Assembly: GCA_009914755.4 (NCBI GenBank)
Contig: CP068257.2
Span: forward strand, 14,688,001 to 14,752,000
Direction: 5' to 3'
DNA length: 64,000 nt
DNA from: the human T2T-CHM13v2.0 reference genome, Homo sapiens
The position numbers and the translations under genes were made by a program. The notes beneath the pieces were generated by a model that searched no databases, had not been told where the DNA came from, and worked only from the letters and a program-made list of their open reading frames with translations. Of this stretch, positions 1 to 14,045 are shown one piece after another (position 1 is the stretch's first letter; each line of letters opens with the position of its first letter).

Positions 1-49
1 TATTAGACTATATTTATTGAATGATGAAACTCAAGCTGGTGTTATATAA

Positions 50-800
<751 letters not shown>

Positions 801-1694
801 TAAAAGACGCTAATGAGCTCCTAGTCATCATATGACACAAAGGTGTCTTTTAGGAACCATGAAATTAATTTAAAAAAAAAGTCTACTCTCATACCTACAC
901 AGCTATTTTCCGTCTGTTATGGTAAGAAACAGAAGTTAAGGTTGTTAACAAAAATAATTTGGAAAGCAAGACAGGAGATCAACTGTTTGCATCACTTTAG
1001 GCGAAGTTAATTAACACTCAATGTCTGTCTTTGTCTTTTCAGGCTGCTAAAACAAAACATCGTAAATTGTCTGGTGAGGGCCTACATTCTGGTTCATAGA
1101 TGGCATCTTTTCACTGTGTTCTCACATTGGTGGAAAGGAAGAACTCTGGTTTCTTCACTTCCTTATAAGGGCACCAATCTTATTCACGAGGGCTTCACCC
1201 TCGAAATAATCACGTCCTCAAAACCCCCACCTTCTAATATTCTAATACCATCACGTGAGGGCTTAGGTTTCAACATAAGAATTCGGTGGTGGTGGGGTTG
1301 GGGGGAGAGGGAAACAAACATTCAGACCATATCAATGCTTTATTTTTCTCTTTTTAAATCTGGCCATTGTGAGAATTACAGGAGAATTAAAGGCATCTGT
1401 CATCATCCCAGACACATAGTAAGTTCTTAATATGGGTGGTTATTGTTATTTTTTCTGATGTTGTTATTGCTTGAACTTTCAAGATGTAGGGACAAAAGTT
1501 TTATATAAATAACAAGAAGTTCAACTAAACACTGTATTGTACATCCTGTAAATATGTAGAATATGGAGGCACAAAAATGAGCTTTAGGACCAAAATACAA
1601 ATATGTTAAAATAGTTTAGACTCAAGTGTTAATGCTAGATGGTCAGTCCTGAACTTTGCCACCCTACTATTATCAGAGAAGTGAAAAATAATAA

Positions 1695-2009
<315 letters not shown>

Positions 2010-2630
2010 TCTAAGAATAATAATAATCTTACCAACTATTCTATATAAGCATTTTTGGCCCACTGAACACTGTCATATGTAACTTCATTGCACCTTCACA
2101 TCAACCCCACCAAAATATACGTAACAATAGGCTAACTTTAAAATTCCCAACTAAAACAAAAATTGTGACCAGTAAATTACAAAGTTAATAAGAGACACAG
2201 TCAAGGTTGAACACCAGGTCTTCTGACTCTAAGTCAAACTCTCTCTTTATTCCCTGTTGTGTATCATAGGTTGCTGTAGACCAAGTATTGAAAATCTTGT
2301 GTTTTCTTCATTTTGCATTCTTAGTTTATGGGATTATTCAGAAAAAATTAGGAGAGAATACAGTAATTCAAAATCTACAGATTTTTTAAGACACAGATTT
2401 TTGGACATCAGTGTTCAAATCAATAGAAAGTCATGCTTCCCTTCAGCAGCCTTTATTTTGACAATTTTAAGGGGCAGGTACACTAAATTTCTGCTGATTA
2501 GATGGAATGAATCCTATCCTTAAATCATAAAGAGTGTTAATGAATCTGGTAGCAAAAGTTGATTGCAGACTTCTTACAATGACACCATGGGATGACAACT
2601 GTGTTAACACAATTTTGAATATCTCATTAA

Positions 2631-2953
<323 letters not shown>

Positions 2954-2956
2954 TTT

Positions 2957-3167
2957 TTCATACAATTTTGTTCATGTAATATATTAATTGCCTGCCTACC
3001 TTCCTATTACAGGTTTCTTAAACTTTGGTAGATTCTCTTTTGTTTCTGTTCACCAAGGTCCTTCTTCATACGAATTTGTTCATGTAATATATTAATTGCC
3101 TGCCTACCTTCCTATTACAGGTTTCTTAAACTTTGGTAGATTCTCTTTTGTTTCTGTTCACCAAGGT
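2957..3167. repeat. tandem duplication, 2 copies of ~104-108 bp at ~98% identity
   Basis: ttcatac(a/g)a(a)tttgttcatgtaatatattaattgcctgcctaccttcctattacaggtttcttaaactttggtagattctcttttgtttctgttcaccaaggt occurs at 2957-3059 and again at 3065-3167. Confidence 0.9.
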
Positions 3168-5034
3168 TTTGCCAGACCAAGCTACAGGCAGATTTTTACC
3201 ATTAACAGCTCCTTCTAAAGTTATTCACGTTTGGTCAGTACTCTGGGCTGAAATTCCAACCATCAGTACTCTTTCACTTTGAAAAATAAGCTTGTTTGAC
3301 TTTATTTGGAAACATATAACTGGATTGCTGTGCTGGATGCTAGTGAGCAATGGTTTAAGGACCCCGTTTATTGTAGGAAAGTTTATTACATTTTGTTTTC
3401 ATACTGCTTTACAGGGTTGGAATTTTTTGCAGCATTGGTATATAGACAACATGTCATTTGTTTTAGTTGCTACATGACACCTTAAAGTTTATTTTTTCTC
3501 CAAAGGAAATGGCAACTGTATTCTTTAAAAACACCTATGTAAAAATGAAATAACTAAACTTGTTTTTAGAGTATTCTATATTCTAGATGGATAATGCCGG
3601 AAAAAAAAAGATGCATGTGTACAGCAAAACTTGTTTTATGAAACAACTCCATGGGCCAGGAAAAATTAGTTGCCTAAGAAAGATGTATAGTTAACTGAAA
3701 ATTAAACACATATTGTCTTTGAAATTTATAAGACATTTAAAGCATCCATTTAACTTATCGGTGGTCTCCATATCTGTATAGTTGATGCCAGAAAGAGAGA
3801 ATAAAAGATTACCTAGAGAAATGGACTTTAGGTAAGATTTTAAGATATGAAACATATGAACAAAATTTAGTTTTCCAGATGATTTGTATAAAATACTGCC
3901 AGATAATTTGCTAATTATATGGCACTGGGGACAATAACAAGGATTAATGAAAATGTTCTAACTCAACAGATTTTTAAATAATATTTTTCTTATACAAATA
4001 ATAAAGATTTATTGTAAAAAATAGAAAATATAGATAAGAAAGAGGGAAATTATTCATAATTTCTGCTTTTTAATATAAACTATGCACATTTCAGTATATC
4101 AACATCCATACATTTTTCTATGCATATATACACTATTGCATACTTGAATTAGTCCATATTGTACACAGTCTTTTAAAATTCACACCTTTAACATAAATAT
4201 TGAAAACACCTTTTTCATGTCATAATAGTTTTTGAGAAATTGAGTATCATTTTAAAATAAAAGCAATGTCCTTATTGTGCAAAAGCCTAGCTCCTCCCTG
4301 TTGATTTTCACAAAAAATCTATGTTTGGAAATGATAGAAAACAACATTGTATCATAGTGTTGTTTTTCTAGCAATACCACATAAGCTCCTGGTGTACAAT
4401 CTAGGCACTTGTGGGTGTAACCTTTGAGCATGGCTTCATGTGTTTAAGCCTTAGGGCCTCGAGCACGTCCTAGAACAAGTATGGAGAAATGACATTGGGT
4501 ATGCTAAGGGGCTGAGACCATGGTGAGGTGTAGAATATAGAAGGGCTCAGGAGTAGGTCTGGCTCAGAAGTCAGTGTATGGGGTCTAGGAAGCAGCTCAA
4601 TGTAGGAAGGATGACCTTGAACAAAAAGGTCAAAAATTGGATAAACACGAATTCTCTGAATGAGCACGCATCCATAAACTTTAGGATAACAAAAGGCCAG
4701 GCTGCAAGAGACTGTGAAATGGATATGGATCACAATAATCAATTAAAAAATCTTTGACATACATTAATTCCACTAATATTTATTAAGCATAGGATAGTTT
4801 TATACACCATTCCCAGCTTAAGACAGCTTATAACATACACAATATGGTGAGATGATTGTTAAGTAATAAAAGGCAATAAGTAATTCATATGGTCCAAGAA
4901 TAAGTGCTATAGGGATTTGTTTATTGGAAGGTTTGCTTCTGACTTTTGCAAAGTAGAAATTTATAATGATAATAGCGGCCGATATTGGCAAGTATTTTAT
5001 AGGCCTTATTTTTATGTTCACAACAACATGTGCA

Positions 5035-5290
5035 TAAATTATTATTTTCAGGAACACAGTGCCTATGGTGGTTACAGTCTTGGAGCCAGACTGTCTGAGT
5101 TTGAATCTCAGCCACTTACTTTGTGGCTTTTGGCAATTTATTTAACTCTCTATTTTTCAGTTTTCTCATCTATAGAAAAGAAATAATGGTAGTATCTATT
5201 TGATTTAGTGATTGTAAATACTAAATGTGTTTATATATAATACTTATAAATAGCTCTACAAATGTTAGTTATTGTTATTAATTTTATTTT
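5035..5290 (+). mobile_element. MIR SINE (ancient mammalian-wide interspersed repeat)
   Basis: gagccagactgtctgagtttgaatctcagccacttactttgtggcttttggcaatttatttaactctctatttttcagttttctcatctatagaaaagaaataatggtagtatc matches the MIR core (gccagactgcctgggttcgaatcccggctctgccacttactagctgtgtgaccttgggcaagttacttaacctctctgtgcctcagtttcctcatctgtaaaatgggg). Confidence 0.65.
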
Positions 5291-7511
5291 CGTGGTATAG
5301 AAATGAAGGTTTGGATAATTAAGGTGATATACCTAAGTTATGCAGGTAGTAAATGTTGGAGCCAAGGGTGAATACAGCTCTCTCTTACCTGAACCTGAGT
5401 TCTTAATGTAGCCACTTTGATGTCTCAAACTTTAAGCATGACAAGAGTGAGTCAAAGATAGTTTGGATTTTGATTATGGATGACTGGAATCATTCGTGAA
5501 ATAGGGAAGTGACTAGGAGAGGTTGTTTTTATTGCTATTGTTGGATAAAGGAAAGGTCAGATTTAAGATGTCTTGAATTGGAACTGGTGAGGAGGCATTC
5601 AGGGTGAAATATGTAGCTGTGAGATAGAAATCCTGGACCAGAACTCTGTGGAGAGTTAGAGTGGAAGCTGAGATTAGGGTAGTATCTATGTTAAGTTAAT
5701 AATAAGATTGGCAGGGAGATAATATTTTAAGAAGCAACATATATAAAAAGAAGGACTACGTCGAGAAGTCATAGCATTATTAACCATGGGGAAGAGAAGC
5801 TATTAAAGAACTCAGAAGCAGAATTGATAGGGTCCAACCAGAGTCAGTGATAGCCTGTCAGCATGCAAGATGAAGTCCAAGAACTCCACTAACAACAGGG
5901 TGGAACTCTCAACTATGTGAGTAGAGAGGAAAGATTTTTCTATTTTTCTGATCATGAAATTGCTTATGAGGTACAGGCCCCAGGTGTTATGAAGAATATG
6001 ACTTGGTTCGTTTGGGGCACTGAAGGTACTGGGGGAGGCGCTACTTTTAGAGCGCTCAAATATGCCACGATTTCATTTCATTTTGCTTTCTCCAGGCCTG
6101 TGACATACTAAGGCAGTTTTTACTTAGGCATCGATATCATTTTCAATTTGGATCATTTCAAAAGAAAGAGAAGGACTTCTATGTGTGTGTGTTATATGTT
6201 TTTTGGCTTTTCTTAGTCAAGTATTTCCGAGGATATTCTACCATTCCTTCTTTTTAATTTCCTGTTTTTGTTTGTTTATCAAATGCACCAGACAATTTAT
6301 CTTTCCCAGAAGTTTTAATTTTTGTTCCTATCTACATAGGAAAGAGCTGGGAAACAGAGTTTTTTTTTTTCATATTTAGATTGACATTAAAGGTATGGCA
6401 GGTTCTGTTTGGGGAGCAATTTTATGATAAATAAAACTAAATTGTGCTCCTAGAAGTTCATAGTGCTGATCAAATGACACTTATATGTTGGTCTTTCTTT
6501 AAAAATTTGTTACAGAAAATAATAAAAATTCTAATAAAATTAATTCTACTTCTAATTAAAGTCTAGAAATAAATCCACTATGATTATTTTGTCAGCTTTA
6601 GCTGAGGAATAACAAAATGAAATAGGATAATTAGCTGGAGCATGGATTTTCTGAAATAGAGGACAGTAAACTACAGTTTTGGAGAGAAATATCTAAATCT
6701 GAAGCACAAAAAGAAGCAACAAAGTTGTTGGAAGTTCTGTTCTAAGCAACTATGAATTTTTTTGTAGTTGCTCTGCTGATTTCTAGGGTATTTCTCTATA
6801 GCTAATACTTGGAAAGATACTTCCTCATTGATATGTGTTTCCTAAAGGCATCATTGGAAGTTGCTTCCTATTTGTCTGATGGGTTCAGGTTGGTATGTTG
6901 AATCCAGTGATGCTGGAATTCAGGGGCCTAAAGTTCAAGGCAGACTTTAGGTCCCCAAGATTAGAAATGGATTATCTGTTTGTGTAGTCTGGAATTTCAT
7001 ATTTCAAGTTGTATTTGAAAATTCATTCCTCTGTTGCATTATATGACTTTTGGCTCTTGGATCATTCAAAACTCTGTCATCGTCTTGGTCCTTTGTGTCA
7101 ATTTGTTTGGTTATAGGTTTTCACAAAACATGGAGTAGCTATGCTGCACAATTGAGATTTTTCATTTATTCTACATCTTTCCTCAGCCAGCACATGATTA
7201 TGTGATTGGTTCAATAGTAGGTCCTCACCAAGACTCTTCACATTTTATGTTGCCTCCACTAGTGTCATATCAGTGTGGCTTTAGTATCAGCCAAATTCAG
7301 ATCCAGGATTTTGTTGCTGAAAACTTAAATTTAGAATCACATGGTGTATATTTAAAGGAACTCTTAGATTCTCCTTTTAAGGAAAGATGTCTGAAAATTT
7401 TAAACATAGGTGTCTGTCATTGTTATGGTTTGGAATTTATACTATGGCTGAAAATATCATTAAATATTGGATGGGTATGATAGCAGTATTGTCACATCTT
7501 TAGCTCTTTTT

Positions 7512-7580
7512 TGGTTATATATATATTTATATAGGTTATATATATATATTTATATAGGTTATATATATGTGTGTGTATTT
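7512..7580. repeat. short tandem duplication (ggttatatatatatttatatag x2) followed by (TA)n and (GT)n
   Basis: direct reading of 7501-7580. Confidence 0.7.
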
Positions 7581-7599
7581 TTGGGGACATCTTGAGTTC

Positions 7600-7830
7600 T
7601 GGGACAGCCTGCTTTGGTGAAAAGAGCCCCAATTTTGGTGTCAGACTGAGTGTGAGTGTAGGCTACATTCAGTTCTATCCCTGCTATTTTCCAACGGTAG
7701 ACACTTTAGTTAAACTTATTTTCTCTGAGCTTCAGTTTCTCAACTAAAAATGGGGGTGCTACATTGTCAGGCTGCTAAAAGTTTCCAATGAGGAAATGCT
7801 AGGAAAACCATCATAGTATTTAGTAGAGTG
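7600..7830 (+). mobile_element. MIR-like SINE fragment
   Basis: ctctgagcttcagtttctcaactaaaaatgggggtgctacattgtcagg resembles the MIR ctctgtgcctcagtttcctcatctgtaaaatggggataataatagtacc. Confidence 0.4.
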
Positions 7831-10800
7831 GAATCGTAATAAATACCAGCTGCCTCTCTTCTCTCTGCCTTATTCCAAATTATGTACACCAGGATGATTT
7901 TTAATGCAAATGAATACCAAATTTTAGCTATCATCCAATTCTTCCACGATCATTCAATCCCTGTTTAGTTCATAGAATCATAACAGCTTGGACTTGAAAG
8001 TGACTTAAATAGCATCTAGTGTAATCTTTCACCTAAAAGGCATGGAGTCTTCCAGATTATGGTTGAATATTTCCCATACTGAGAACTCTACTTCACAAAG
8101 CAACCCACTATAATTTTTAAACTTGATCTTCAATAATAGCTTAAAATCAATTCCTGTAATTATCAAAACCTTTTGCATATCTAAAACCATCTATATTACC
8201 ATGCTTTAAATATTCACATGTGAAGACTTCCCACTATCTTCTGTTGTGTCTCATGTGATAAATTTTTCAGATCCTTCACCACTCTACTAATTTTCACTTT
8301 TAAAGTAGTGTGTTTTAAAATAAGTTGGACATTTTTCCCTGTAAAATACTATTGTTTCTTGCTTTCCTAATTCTAATAAAGGCATTCACCTTCTCCTGGC
8401 CACACAAGAAAGTACAGTTAGAATGTACCCACGCCAATGTTTCTTCTATACATCTTTTGAAATAAAAGTCCCTAACTTGGATATAATATTATACTTTATA
8501 TCAATAAGGTGAACAGAAAAGAACTTGGAAAGCACCCCCATTCATGCTTTCACAAGTGGATATTATGTACTAGCATTTTAGAAGGCACATTAAAATAGTC
8601 AAGAATTTATTTCAGCATTCAGCAGTTCGTGAATCCAGCAGCTCCAGACCACAAACTGCTCAGGGCTCTGACAAAGGGGTTGGGGAAGACTTTTACAGGG
8701 TGAATGTAGAAGCAAGGCAAATAAAATATTTGATTTGTTAAAGTACAGCAGTAGCCTTATTTGGATCATTCCAGTGGGAATCCCTAGTCAGAGGTATGAT
8801 TGACTTAAAATATGACCATTTACACTGAGTGGGGTTTTGACTTGCTTACATAGGAATCAAGGGCGCTGGAGCCACCTCACCCCGCTGGCCTCCCAGTTAA
8901 TTTTTTAACAAGAGAAAACAAAATGAAAAGATATTACTTTTGCTAAAGAACAAAATGTCTATTTGGGAAATGAAGAAAAATAACACAGTATTATCTTCTC
9001 TAATATAGTGCTTCTCAAACTACTTGTGGTGAAGGAAAGTTTAAAAAGAAATTTTAATATCTGTACAGACTAATACTTTTGGGAAATACAAAAAAAAACG
9101 AATTACTAGAAAAAGTTATGTTTAAGATACAAATCTCTATTTGTTGTTTTAATCCACAAATTATTACTTTTTTATTATTTTAAGTTTAGAATCTTGAAAA
9201 AGCTTCTAAATTCTTAATTTGTATACTTACTTTGTCCCAGATAGGTAATGAATAGTTTGCTGAGAGGCACCACTCTCAGTCCACACTCAGGGTAACACTG
9301 TATTAGTGCACATAAAAATAAGGTACAACTGAATCAAAAAAAAGGATCTTGTAGATGCTAGAGATACAACAGTGAACAGACCAAAGGTCCCAGAGTAGAG
9401 AATGACAGATACTAAACAAAGTAAAATACATAGCTATAGAATTTATAACCATGCAATGGTTATAAATTCCATAGAAGAAAAAATAAAGCAGGCAAAAAGG
9501 ATAGGAATAACATATCGAGGGTTGCAAGAAAAATTTAAGGCTATTTCTTTTGATTCATGGTATAAGTTTTTTTTTTTTTCTACAAGCGAACGTCTAATCA
9601 CTTATCTGTGATGGTGATTACATGAGGTTAGCTCTTGTAATCAACTATTTTGTAAATGATAAAATTAGGTTTTCTGAGGAGAAAATAGCCTTTTATTCAC
9701 AAGGGTAATTTTTATTTTTAATATGTTAATTTTAATATTTTAAAATAGATTAATATGTTTCTGATTTTGGCTACTATTTGTTTTAAGATATTTTACCTAT
9801 GGTCATAAATGAAATTGGGCTATAAATTTTTTATTGTGTTCTTCTTATTGGTTTTACTATAAAAGCTGTATTACCCTTGTAAAGAAAATTGGATGGCATT
9901 CCATCTTTTTAAAAAAATCTGTGAGGCGGTTTATGAAAAATAGAGTTTGTATGTATTCTTTGAAGAGAATGATGAAATCTACCTATAAAGTTGGGTAAAT
10001 TGATGAGTGTTATCATTCAGTTCGCTATTTCTCTCTTTAATTGGTATCAAATCTATAATACTTTCTATCTACTGAGGCTTCTATTTTAATGTCTGTATTA
10101 TTAGTTTCCAATATGTCTAATTTTAAAAATCAGCCTATTTTTATTCATATCTGCTATTATAAGCTCTTTTAAAAATGGATATTATTAAGCATACTTATTT
10201 TTAGTCTTTGTTAGGTTGTTACATCAAATAAATTCAAAGTAAATTAAAGTGACAATTTTGGGGCTGTTGCTTGTCTTTTCTATCTATACTAGGTCACTTG
10301 TTTAGGTACTTAGGTTTACAAGCTTATTCTGAGTGAAAAGGCAAGTTAGAAGACTTTCCTCCCCTCCTTACTCACTGTCGGCATTTTTGCAGTTGCCTAG
10401 ACCAGACCCTCCCCACATTTGAGTTGAAGCCACTTCATCCCAATTGCAGAAGCTGTTGGGTTGCCTGGTTCAATTTCTGACTAAAATTTATCTGTATTTA
10501 AGCCCCTGTCCTTTTATAAAGCTAACTCCCCAAATAGCTTCAGCTGTGAGTATTTTGTTTTGCTTATTTCTCTTGTTCAACCTCTCACTCAACAAGGGAG
10601 CTCTACCTCAACCTCTGGTTTCAAGCAAACAGCATGAATGTCTCTGGTCCCCCAACTCATGTGGAAGATACTTTGTTTCCTCCTTTTACCACAGGAGGCT
10701 GAAGTTTTGGCCACCTGTGTTCACTGTGGGCTTAGCCCTGCAGCTCCACTTGCCGATTTGCATTTCTCTGCTGATTTTCAGTCATTGAGTTTTCATTCTG

Positions 10801-13799
10801 TTCTTAAGCCTGGATTTGTCTTTTGGATTTTTTTATTCTTATACTTTATTTACATTGCCATGTGTTTGAAGTGGAAATAATATTTTAAATTATGAATGCT
10901 GTACCATCTTGACTGGAATTCTCCTTTTGTACAAATGAAATCTATAAATGTTTTCTTAAAAAGGACTGTTTAATTGGGATCTCCTAAAGTATAGCTTCTT
11001 TAAGTAAAAAAATTGTATATTTAACCGGATGGTAAGTGGGACTTTGCCTGGTGAACCAGAATTTTTAGTAAGCCTCCAAATCTGAAAACAATGTTATGGG
11101 TGCCCACACATTCTAAAGACATTACTAGATCCTCAGATTGGACACCAGAGAAAGAAACCTGGCTGTTTCATCTTGTTTGTTTTAGAGTTAAAAATATATA
11201 ATTTATTTTCAAAGTAATTATAAGAAAACCAATGATCACTTCTCAACTATTACAAAAAATTATGACAGGGTTTCAGAAAAGGTGTTTTTTTTTTTTTAAT
11301 TGAGATAGTGTGTGACATTTTAGAGTTAGATTTTAAATGGATACGAACAGAATGTAGGAATCAACAGGAAAATGTAAGCAGCTGCACCAAACATAATCTC
11401 TATTTCTTTTGAAGTCATTGCCCACAAGAACTCACAAAAACTACCCCATGAGAAGTGGCACCAACACGGGTTACAACTGCACTAATTAAATAAGATTCTC
11501 TCTATGCCTTAAGTTCTCCATCTCTCTGCTGTAACCATGACCCAGCATAATGAGTAGGGAGAAGGAACTCAAGCTGTGAATTGTGGGAAGATGTGACTAT
11601 GCACACCTTTCCCTCTTTCTCTGTTACTGCAGTTCCTAAGCCCGTCAAGCCCAGCAGAAGAGATAAAGGTATTAGACTGGTCTGTAAATTTCAATGCCTA
11701 AAAATATCCACCAAGCTGTAGATCTTCCCAAGATATTTTTCAGGAACGAAGCATGTAAACTTACATGAGTGAAAGACAGTGGTAAAAAAAAAAAAAAACA
11801 GTCTATTTTGGGCTTTGGCTCCTACCTAAATCTAGCTTGTTCAATAAACCTGTTCATTAAGTTTTATGTTAAACCATATTCGTGCATTTTTCCTTGCCAT
11901 TATACTTAATAATGCAACTTTAAAAATCTTAAAATAAATGAATACTTGATTTGAAATGTTCATGTGTGTACAGACTTTTTGATTGAAGCAAAAAATATTT
12001 AATGAAATCAAACCTTCCAGACTTTAAATTGCAACCCAATTCACATGAATACAAATGAGCTTAAAAATAATATTGCATATGTATAAAAAATCAAATAAGG
12101 GAAATATAAATCAACAGCTATGCTTGTATCGGTTTAATTTTAAGGCATGATACAAGAATTACTCTGCTGCGGCTCATTAACACACTACTAAAAAGCAAAT
12201 CATATCTTTTCTCCATTTTATGTAACATTTTATTTTGCCTGATTATGTGTTCTCATAAAATAGGCCTTCATGACTTATATAAATGTGGAAAGAAGTTATT
12301 TCTGAGAAATGTTATTGGCAATAAGGAATTGGCTTAGGTAAACTATTTTAGAATTGGTAAGAGCCTATATGGAGATCAAATGTATTACCATGTAAATTCA
12401 TATACCATATACATTTCATTTCATAGCTTTGCTGTTATTGTTGTTTCTTATGTATATAGCCCAATACATATTTTACTCACATTCTCCAGTTGTCTGATAT
12501 CTTCGTCAGATTTTTTTCTCGGGTCTGTCTTTAAGATTTAGATAAATTGAATGTTATTAGCGGTACTCGTTCAATTAGAATGTTTTTATGAAACCCATAA
12601 AACATTACACTGCTAGAGTAAATGATTCAGCATATGATTCAAACCAAACTAAATTTCCCTTCAACCCAAAATAATCTCTAAGTCATAGTGGTCTATACAG
12701 AATTTAGTCATATTTTGATATTTATAAATATTAATCATAAATATAATATTTAGAGTTAGTACTGAAATCATATTTAGTAATGATAAGAATCTACTTGCTT
12801 ATTTTGAGATTAATCACTGTAGCTCCTATTGTCAAATATCTACCGACATAAATAAAAATAAACATGAGTTTGAACATGTTAAATGCACAAAGATCATCTG
12901 AAAGTACCAGGTTGAGTAAGAAATGATTAAAGACATGAATGAATATTTATATTTTATAGAACTTTAATTTCATAATAAGAAGAAAGAACTAGGTATAGTT
13001 GTATTATTTGGCCTTTATAATGAATAGTTTTTCTTAATATCATTTACATGTAATATGAAGATATTCTGGGATGTTGAACAGTCTTCCAGATAGGTAAAAG
13101 GAAGGGATTCAAAAGAAAATTTGAATACATATTTCATATTTATCTTTTTGTGAGCTTCGTAATAAACCACACAAAGCTTTCATCTGGAATACTTATTACT
13201 AAAACTTGCACTGTAGCTGTAGATTGACATTAACAGGGAAAAATAAATATAACCCATTTCCCAAGACACTAAAATATGCTAAATGAAGTAAAAAATGTAA
13301 AGTAATTTTGAAAACTTAAATTGATATTGAAATGTGAGTTAGTTTTATCTTAGTCAACATCATTGTTATTGAAGAAAGGCAGATTTTATTCACCGGAATT
13401 ATTTATTTTAGTTTAGATTAAAAGCTGCTTTCTGACATATGAGTTGACTCCTGTATCTACTTTTCTGAGATACTATTGGCTGAAACATGTTGATTAAATT
13501 TTGTAGTAACTTAATTACAAGATTCAGAGATAGTAAAGCTTTAATGTAGGTTATAATTTTATAATATGAACTGACATTTCTCTAGTGCTCTGCAGTTTTC
13601 AAAATGCTTTCATAAGCATTATCTCTTTCCATTTCTACAACAATTTTGCAGTAGGAAATAATAGTATCCCTCTTTTAGAGATGGAAAAGTTAAAGTTTCA
13701 GAGAGAATAAATCACTTAGCTACTAGATGGCTGAATCAGAACTCAAGCATGTGAAGAGAGGTAGTATATAGCATATCTTAAGAATCTTCGTATCAAGAT

Positions 13800-14045
13800 T
13801 AACAGCCTTGGAGACAAAAGGTCTTTGTTTAAATTCATACTTTACCCTTTGGTTGTTGTGCGCTCTTGGGCAACTGAGAAATCTGATTGGGTCTCAGTTT
13901 TTTAATCTGTTTAATGGGATAGCAAAGTTCATTATTGGGTATTGTGATAAGTAAATGAGTTGACACCTAGAACGTACTTAGACTGTACCTTGTATATTTT
14001 TAGTGGATGCCCAGTAAAAATCCATTGATTGTTGTTGATTAGTAC
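13800..14045 (+). mobile_element. MIR SINE fragment (3' portion)
   Basis: gggtctcagttttttaatctgtttaatgggatagcaaag...gtgataagtaaatgagttgacacctagaacgtacttagactgtaccttg...gcccagtaaaaatccattgattgttgttgatt parallels the MIR 3' half (cctcagtttcctcatctgtaaaatgggg...gtgaggattaaatgagttaatacatgtaaagcgcttagaacagtgcctggcacatagtaagcgctcaataaatgttggttattatt). Confidence 0.5.

Noticed and set aside
10444-10880. 114-aa and 80-aa ORFs
   Set aside because: No domain similarity recognised. They lie in a region that looks like degraded old repeat sequence and are probably chance ORFs
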